A stretch of 64,000 nt of DNA from the human T2T-CHM13v2.0 reference genome, Homo sapiens, in assembly GCF_009914755.1 (NCBI RefSeq), contig NC_060948.1, one strand, 5' to 3'. Under the pieces are notes generated by a model that saw only the letters and a list, made by a program, of their open reading frames with translations, had not been told where the DNA came from and made no database searches. A program made the translations under genes and the position numbers. Shown here in pieces: positions 57,148-64,000 of this stretch. Positions within the stretch are counted from its first letter, which is position 1, and every line of letters starts with the position of its first letter.

Positions 57148-60100
57148 GGCCTGGAATAAAGTGGAATGCTACGGTCTCGAATGGAATAAAAATGTATGGA
57201 ATGGAATGCAATGAAACGGAATCGAGTGTCATAGAATGTAATGGAATGCAAAAAAATGGAATCCAAAATCATTGACTGGAAAGGCTGGGTGTCGAAAGGA
57301 ATTGACTCCAATGGAATGGAATCGAATGGAATGGAAGTGAATAGAATCGAACTAAATTGAATGGAATGGAATTGATAGGAACGGAATGGAAAGGAATGCA
57401 ATGATTTGGCATGGAATGCAATCGAATGGCATCGAATGGAATGGAATGGAATGCAATGGAATGGAATGTATTAGAATGTAATGAACTTTAATGGAATGTA
57501 CTCGAATGGATTCGACTGGAATGGAATGTTCTGGAAGTGAATGGACTCCAATGGAATGGATTCAAAAGGAATGGAATCGTACGGAATGGAATCTAATGGA
57601 ATGGAATTAAATGGAAAGGAATCAAATTGAATAGCACGGAATTGAATTGAATGGAATCGAATGCAATGGAATCTAATGAAACGGAAAGGAAAAGAATGGA
57701 ATGGAATGGAATGGGCTGGAATGGAAAGGAATCGAAACGAATGGAATGGAATCGAACTGAAGAGACTGGAATGGAATGCACTGGAATGGAAGGGAGTGTA
57801 ATGGAAGGTTCTCGATAAAAATGGAATCGAATGGAATGGAATTGAATGGAACGGAATAGAGTCGAATGGAATTGAATGGAATGGAATGGACTAGAGTGAA
57901 ATGGAATCGAACCACAAGGAATGGACAGGAATAGAATGGTCTCGAATTGAATGGAATCGTATGGAATGGCATCAAACGGAATGGAATGGACAGCCACGGA
58001 ATGGAATGCACTCGAATGCAATGGAGTCGAAACTAATGGACTGGAATAGAATGGACTCGACTGGTACGGACTCCAATGGAATGGAATCGAATGGAAGGGA
58101 ATCGAACGGAATGGACTCAAAGGGAAAAGACTGCAATGGAAAGGTCTCGAATGGAATGGAAATTAATGGAATGGAATGGAATCGAATGAAATGGAGTCAA
58201 AAGGAATGGAATCGAATGGCAAGAAATCGAATGTAATGGAATCGCAAGGAATTGATGTGAACGGAACGGAATGGAATGGAATCCAAAGGAATGGAATAGA
58301 ATGGAATGGAATCGAATGGAAAGGACTCGAATGGAAATCACTCGAATAGAATGCAATTTAATAAAATAGGATCAAATGTAATGGAATGGAATGGAAAGGA
58401 ATGGAAACGAAAGGAATGGAGACAGATGGAATGGAATGGAACAGAGAGCAATGGTATAGAATGGAATGGAATCATCTGGAATGGAATTGAATGGAATGGA
58501 ATAATATGAAATGGAATGGAATGGAATGGAATGGAATGCCCTTGAATTAAATGGACTGGAATGGAATGGACTCGAACAGAGTGGAATGGAAAGTGTTGAG
58601 ATAGAATGGAATGGACTCGTTTGGAATGGTCTAGTATGTAATGTAATCGACTGGCAGGGAATCAAAAGGAATGTAATGGAATGGATTGGACTGGAATGCA
58701 ATGGACTCGAATAGATTGGAAACGGAATGCAAAGGAATGGAATGGAATAGTATGGAATGGAATGGAAAGGAATGGAGTGGAATAGACTAGAGTGGAATGG
58801 AATGGACTGGAAAGCAATAGACTGGAATGGAAATTTCTTGAATGGACTGGAATCAAACGGAATGGAATGCAATGCAATCAAATGGCATGGAATAAAATAG
58901 AATGAAAGAGAATCAAATGGAATTGAATCGAATGGAATCGAATGGATTGGAAAGGAATAGAATGGAATGGAATGGAATGGACTCAAATGGAATGGACTAG
59001 AATGGAATGGATTCGAATGGAAGGCAAAGGAATGGAATCTATTGGAATGGACTGTAATGGAATGGAATGGAAGGGATTGGAATGGACTCGAATGGAATGG
59101 ACTGCAATAGAAAGGATTCGAATGGAATGAAAAAGAATTGAATGGAATAGAACAGAATGGAATCAAATCGAATGAAATGGAATGGAATAGAAAGGAATGG
59201 AATGAAGTGGAATGGAAAGGATTCGAATGGAATGCAATCGAATGGAATGGAATCGAACGGAATGGAATAAAATGGAAGAAAACTGGCAAGAAATGGAATC
59301 GAAATGAATGGAGTGTTATGGAACGGACTCAAAAGGAATTGAATGTAATAGAATGGAGTGGAGTGGACTCGAATATAATGGACTGGAATGGAATGAAATC
59401 ACATGGAATGGGAACGAATGGAATGGAATGGAAAGGAATGGAATCGAATGGAAAGGAATCGAATGGAAGGGAATGAAATTGAATCAACAGGAATGGAAGG
59501 GAATAGAATAGACGGTAATGGAATGGACTCGAATTGAATGGACACGAATGCTCAAATTGAATGGACTCGAATGGAATGGAAACGAAAGGAATGTCATCGA
59601 ATGGAATTGAATCGATTGGAATGAAATCGCATAGAATGGAGTGGAATCAAATGGAATTGAATCGAAAGGAAAGGAAGCGAATGGACTGAAATGAAATGGA
59701 ATGGAATTGAATGGAAAGTAATGCAATGGAATAGAATGGAACGAAATTTCACGGAATGGAATCAAACTGAATGGAATCAAATCAATGGAATCTAATCAAA
59801 TGGAATGGAAATGAATTGAATGGAGTAGATTGGATTGGATGGGATTGGAATGAAATGTACTGGAAAGGACTCGAATTTCATGAAACGGAATGGAATGAAT
59901 TGGAACGGAATGGACTCGAATGGAATGGAATGTCATGGAATGGCATCAAATGGAATGGCATCAAATGGAATGGAATCGAATGCAATGGAATGCTATGGAA
60001 TGGAATGGAATGCATTGGAATGGAATGTCCTCTAATGGAATGGATTCGAGTGGAATGGAATCGAATATAATGGAGTCGAATGAAATGGAATTGAAAAGAA

Positions 60101-60716
60101 TGGGATCGAATACAATGGAATATACTGGAATGTAATGTAATGAACTCGAATGTAATTGACTGGAATGGAATGTACATGAATGGAATGTAATCGAATGGAA
60201 AGTAATCCAATGGAATAGAAACTAATGCAATAAAATCGACTCAAATAGAGTAGAATGTAATGGAATGGAGTGCAGTGCAATGGAATGGAATGGAATGCAA
60301 TGGAATGGAATGGAATGGAATGCAATGGAATGGAATGGAATGGGATGGAATGGGATGGAATGGTGTGGAATGGATAGTAATGGACTGGAGTGAAATGGAC
60401 TGGAAAGGAATGGACTCAAATTGAAAGGGCTCGAAAGGAATGGAGTCAAATGGAATGGTCTGGAATGGAATGAACACGAATGTAATGCAATCCAATAGAA
60501 TGGAATCGAATGGCATGGAATATAAAGAAATGGAATCGAAGAGAATGGAAACAAATGGAATGGAATTGAATGGAATGGAATTGAATGGAATGGGAACGAA
60601 TGGAGTGAAATTGTATGCAGTAGAAGAGAATAGAATGGAATGCAAGCGAAAGGAAAGGAATGGATTGGAATGGAATGGAATTCATTGGAATGGAAGGGAA
60701 TGTAGTGTAATGGACA
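57148..60716 (+). repeat. DYZ1 unit U17 (3,569 bp), hybrid ending as class B
   Basis: GGCC at 57148 and 60717; 5' like U14, 3' like U9/U13. Confidence 0.88.
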
Positions 60717-63700
60717 GGCCTGGAATAAAGTGGAATGCTACGGTCTCGAATGGAATAAAAATGTATGGAATGGAATGCAATGAAACGGAATCGAATGTCA
60801 TAGAATGTAATGGAATGCAAAAAAATGGAATCCAAAATCATTGACTGGAAAGGCTGGGTGTCGAAAGGAATTGACTCCAATGGAATGGAATCGAATGGAA
60901 TGGAAGAGAATAGAATCGAACTAAATCGAATGGAATGGAATTGATAGGAACGGAATGGAAAGGAATGCAATGATTTGGCATGGAATGGAATCGAATGGCA
61001 TCGAATGGAATGGAATGGAATGCAATGGAATGGAATGTATTAGAATGTAATGAACTTTAATGGAATGTACTCGAATGGAATCGACTGGAATGGAATGTTC
61101 TGGAAGTGAATGGACTCCAATGGAATGGATTCAAAAGGAATGGAATCGTACGGAATGGAATCTAATGGAATGGAATTAAATGGAAATGTATCAAACTGAA
61201 TAGAACGGAATTGAATTGAATGGAATCGAATGCAATGGAATCTAATGAAACGGAAAGGAAAGGAATGGAATGGAATGGAATGGGCTGGAATGGAAAGGAA
61301 TCGAAACGAATGGAATGGAATCGAACTGAAGAGACTGGAATGGAATGCACTGGATGGAAGGGAGTGTAATGGAAGGTTCTCGAAAAAAATGGAATCGAAT
61401 GGAATGGAATTGAATGGAACGGAATAGAGTCGAATGGAATTGAATGGAATGGAATGGACTAGAGTGAAATGGAATCGAACCACAAGGAATGGACAGGAAT
61501 AGAACGGTCTCGAATTGAATGGAATCGTATGGAATGGCATCAAACGGAATGGAATGGACAGCCACGGAATGGAATGCACTCGAATGCAATGGAGTCGAAA
61601 CTAATGGACTGGAATAGAATGGACTCGACTGGTACGGACTCCAATGGAATGGAATCGAATGGAAGGGAATCGAATGGAATGGACTCGAAGGGAAAAGACT
61701 GCAATGGAAAGGTCTCGAATGGAATGGAAATTAATGGAATGGAATGGAATCGAATGAAATGGAGTCAAAAGGAATGGAATCGAATGGCAAGAAAACGAAT
61801 GTAATGGAATCGCAAGGAATTGATGTGAACGGAACTGAATGGAATGGAATCCAAAGGAATGGAATAGAATGGAATGGAATCGAATGGAAAGGACTCGAAT
61901 GGAAATCACTCGAATAGAATGCAATTTAATAAAATAGGACCAAATGTAATGGAATGGAATGGAAAGGAATCGAAACGAAAGGAATGGAGACAGATGGAAT
62001 GGAATGGAACAGAGAGCAATGGTATAGAATGGAATGGAATCATCTGGAATGGAATTGAATGGAATGGAATAACATGAAATGGACTGGAATGGAATGGAAT
62101 GCCCTTGAATTAAATGGACTGGAATGGAATGGACTCGAACAGAGTGGAATGGAAAGTGTTGAAATAGAATGGAATGGACTGGTTTGGAATGGTCTAGTAT
62201 GCAATGCAATCGACTGGCAGGGAATCAAAAGGAATGTAATCGAATGGATTGGACTGGAATGCAATGGACTCGAATAGATTGGAAACGGAATGCAAAGGAA
62301 TGGAATGGAATAGTATGGAATGGAATGGAAAGGAATGGAGTGGAATAGACTAGAGTGGAATGGAATGGACTCGAAAGCAATGGACTGGAATGGAACTTTC
62401 TTGAATGGACTGGAATCAAACGGAATGGAATGCAATGCAATCAAATGGCATGGAATAAAATAGAATGAAAGAGAATCAAATGGAATTGAATCGAATGGAA
62501 TCGAATGGATTGGAAAGGAATAGAATGGAATGGAATGGAATTGACTCAAATGGAATGGACTAGAATGGAATGGATTCGAATGGAAGGCAAAGGAATGGAA
62601 TCTATTGGAATGGACTGTAATGGAATGCAATGGAAGGGATTGGAATGGACTCGAATGGAATGGACTGCAATAGAAAGGATTCGAATGGAATGAAAAAGAA
62701 TTGAATGGAATAGAACAGAATGGAATCAAATCGAATGAAATGGAATGGAATAGAAAGGAATGGAATGAAATGGAATGGAAAGGATTCGAATGGAATGCAA
62801 TCGAATGGAATGTAATCGAACGCAATGGAATAAAATGGAAGAAAACTGGCAAGAAATGGAATCGAAATGAATGGAGTGTTATGGAACGGACTCAAAAGGA
62901 ATTGAATGTAATAGAATGGAGTGGAGTGGACTCGAATATAATGGACTGGAATGGAATGAAATCACATGGAATGGGAACGAATGGAATGGAATGGAAAGGA
63001 ATGGAATCGAATGGAAAGGAATCGAATGGAAGGGAATGAAATTGAATCAACAGGAATGGAAGGGAATAGAATAGACGGTAATGGAATGGACTCGAATAGA
63101 ATGGACACAAATGCTCAAATTGAATGGACTCGAATGGAATGGAAACGAAAGGAATGTCATCGAATGGAATTGAATCGATTGGAATGAAATAGCATAGAAT
63201 GGAGTGGAATCAAATGGAATTGAATCGAAAGGAAAGGAAGCGAATGGACTGAAATGAAATGGAATGGAATTGAATGGAAAGTTATGTAATGGAATAGAAT
63301 GGAACGAAATTTCACAGGATGCAATCAAACTGAATGGAATCAAATCAATGGAATCAAATCAAATGGAATGGAAAGGAATTGAATGGAGTAGATTGGATTG
63401 GATGGGATTGGAATGAAATGTACTGGAAAGGACTCGAATTTCATGAAACGGAATGGAATGAATTGGAACGGAACGGACTCGAATGGAATGGAATGTCATG
63501 GAATGGCATCAAATGGAATGGCATCAAATGGAATGGAATCGAATGCAATGGAGTGCTATGGAATGGAATGGAATGCATTGGAATGGAATGTCCTCTAATG
63601 GAATGGATTCGAGTGGAATGGAATCGAATATAATGGAGTCGAATGAAATGGAATTGAAAGGAATGGGATCGAATACAATGGAATATACTGGAATGTAATG

Positions 63701-64000
63701 TAATGAACTCGAATGTAATTGACTGGAATGGAATGTACATGAATGGAATGTAATTGAATGGAAAGTAATCCAATGGAATAGAATCTAATGCAATAAAATC
63801 GACTCAGATAGAGTAGAATGTAATGGAATGGAGTGCAGTGCAATGGAATGGAATGGAATGGAATGCAATGGAATGGAATGGAATGGAATGGAATGGGATG
63901 GAATGGTGTGGAATGGATAGTAATGGACTGGAGTGAAATGGACTGGAAAGGAATGGACTCAAATTGAAAGGGCTCGAAAGGAATGGAGTCAAATGGAATG
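60717..64000 (+). repeat. DYZ1 unit U18 (truncated by window end), more divergent
   Basis: GGCC at 60717; many private variants. Confidence 0.88.

Larger units (their letters stand above)
1..64000 (+). repeat. DYZ1: Human satellite III (HSat3) array, DYZ1 family (Yq12 heterochromatin); GGAAT strand on +
   Basis: Seen: continuous diverged (GGAAT)n with a ~3.55-kb higher unit, one GAATTC and one AGGCCT per unit. Established: DYZ1 is a ~3.56-kb pentamer-based Y repeat originally defined by HaeIII/EcoRI periodicity. The Y1.1/Y1.2 primer sequences as I recall them match exactly. Confidence 0.96.

Noticed and set aside
38720-57850. Assembly artefact as the explanation for the 10.67-kb offset duplication
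   Set aside because: The copies differ at multiple substitutions and in pure-tract length, which favours a real duplication. This is not fully excluded without reads.
6-63992. Hundreds of ORFs (MEWNG-rich on +, FHSIP-rich on -, up to 305 aa) recurring in each unit
   Set aside because: (GGAAT)n has no stop codon in any frame and translates to MEWNG / IPFHS repeats. The ORFs overlap in all frames, are freely broken by 5-bp and 1-bp indels, and show no domain-like sequence.
1-64000. CRISPR-like or other prokaryotic repeat-spacer system
   Set aside because: There are no unique spacers, no constant-length direct repeats and no cas or other genes. The sequence is a continuous eukaryotic satellite.
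1-64000. HSat2 or an autosomal HSat3 (e.g. chr9 or acrocentric) assignment
   Set aside because: It lacks the dominant CATTCGATTC/GATGAT-type HSat2 pattern. The ~3.55-kb period with single EcoRI and HaeIII sites and the Y1.1/Y1.2 primer matches point to DYZ1.
1-64000. DYZ2 (HSat1B/Alu) blocks, L1/Alu insertions or inversions
   Set aside because: None were seen. The GGAAT strand stays on + and landmark spacing leaves no room for an insertion larger than ~85 bp.

Overview
The whole 64-kb window is one uninterrupted, single-orientation array of human satellite III (HSat3) made of diverged GGAAT pentamers. It is organised as about 18 head-to-tail copies of a ~3.55-kb unit (3,524-3,619 bp between the once-per-unit GGCC landmarks). 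The unit length, one EcoRI and one HaeIII/StuI site per unit, and exact matches to the classic Y1.1/Y1.2 sexing primers (recalled from memory) identify it as DYZ1 from Yq12 heterochromatin. I saw no genes, RNA genes, transposons, DYZ2 segments or inversions, and every ORF in the track is a translation artefact of the pentamer. I found no evidence of a new gene-encoded system. Points of interest are structural and regulatory: (i) three perfect in-register heat-shock elements (nGAAnnTTCnnGAAn) per unit, with visible gains and losses; (ii) a hidden 4-unit (~14.2 kb) higher-order periodicity that collapses to 3 units (~10.67 kb) through hybrid units; (iii) a single-unit duplication with a discordant patch; (iv) an 85-bp internal duplication; (v) recurrent 15-bp deletions; (vi) four fixed phase breaks per unit; (vii) CpG-decay variants. 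All comparisons were made by eye and need alignment to confirm.
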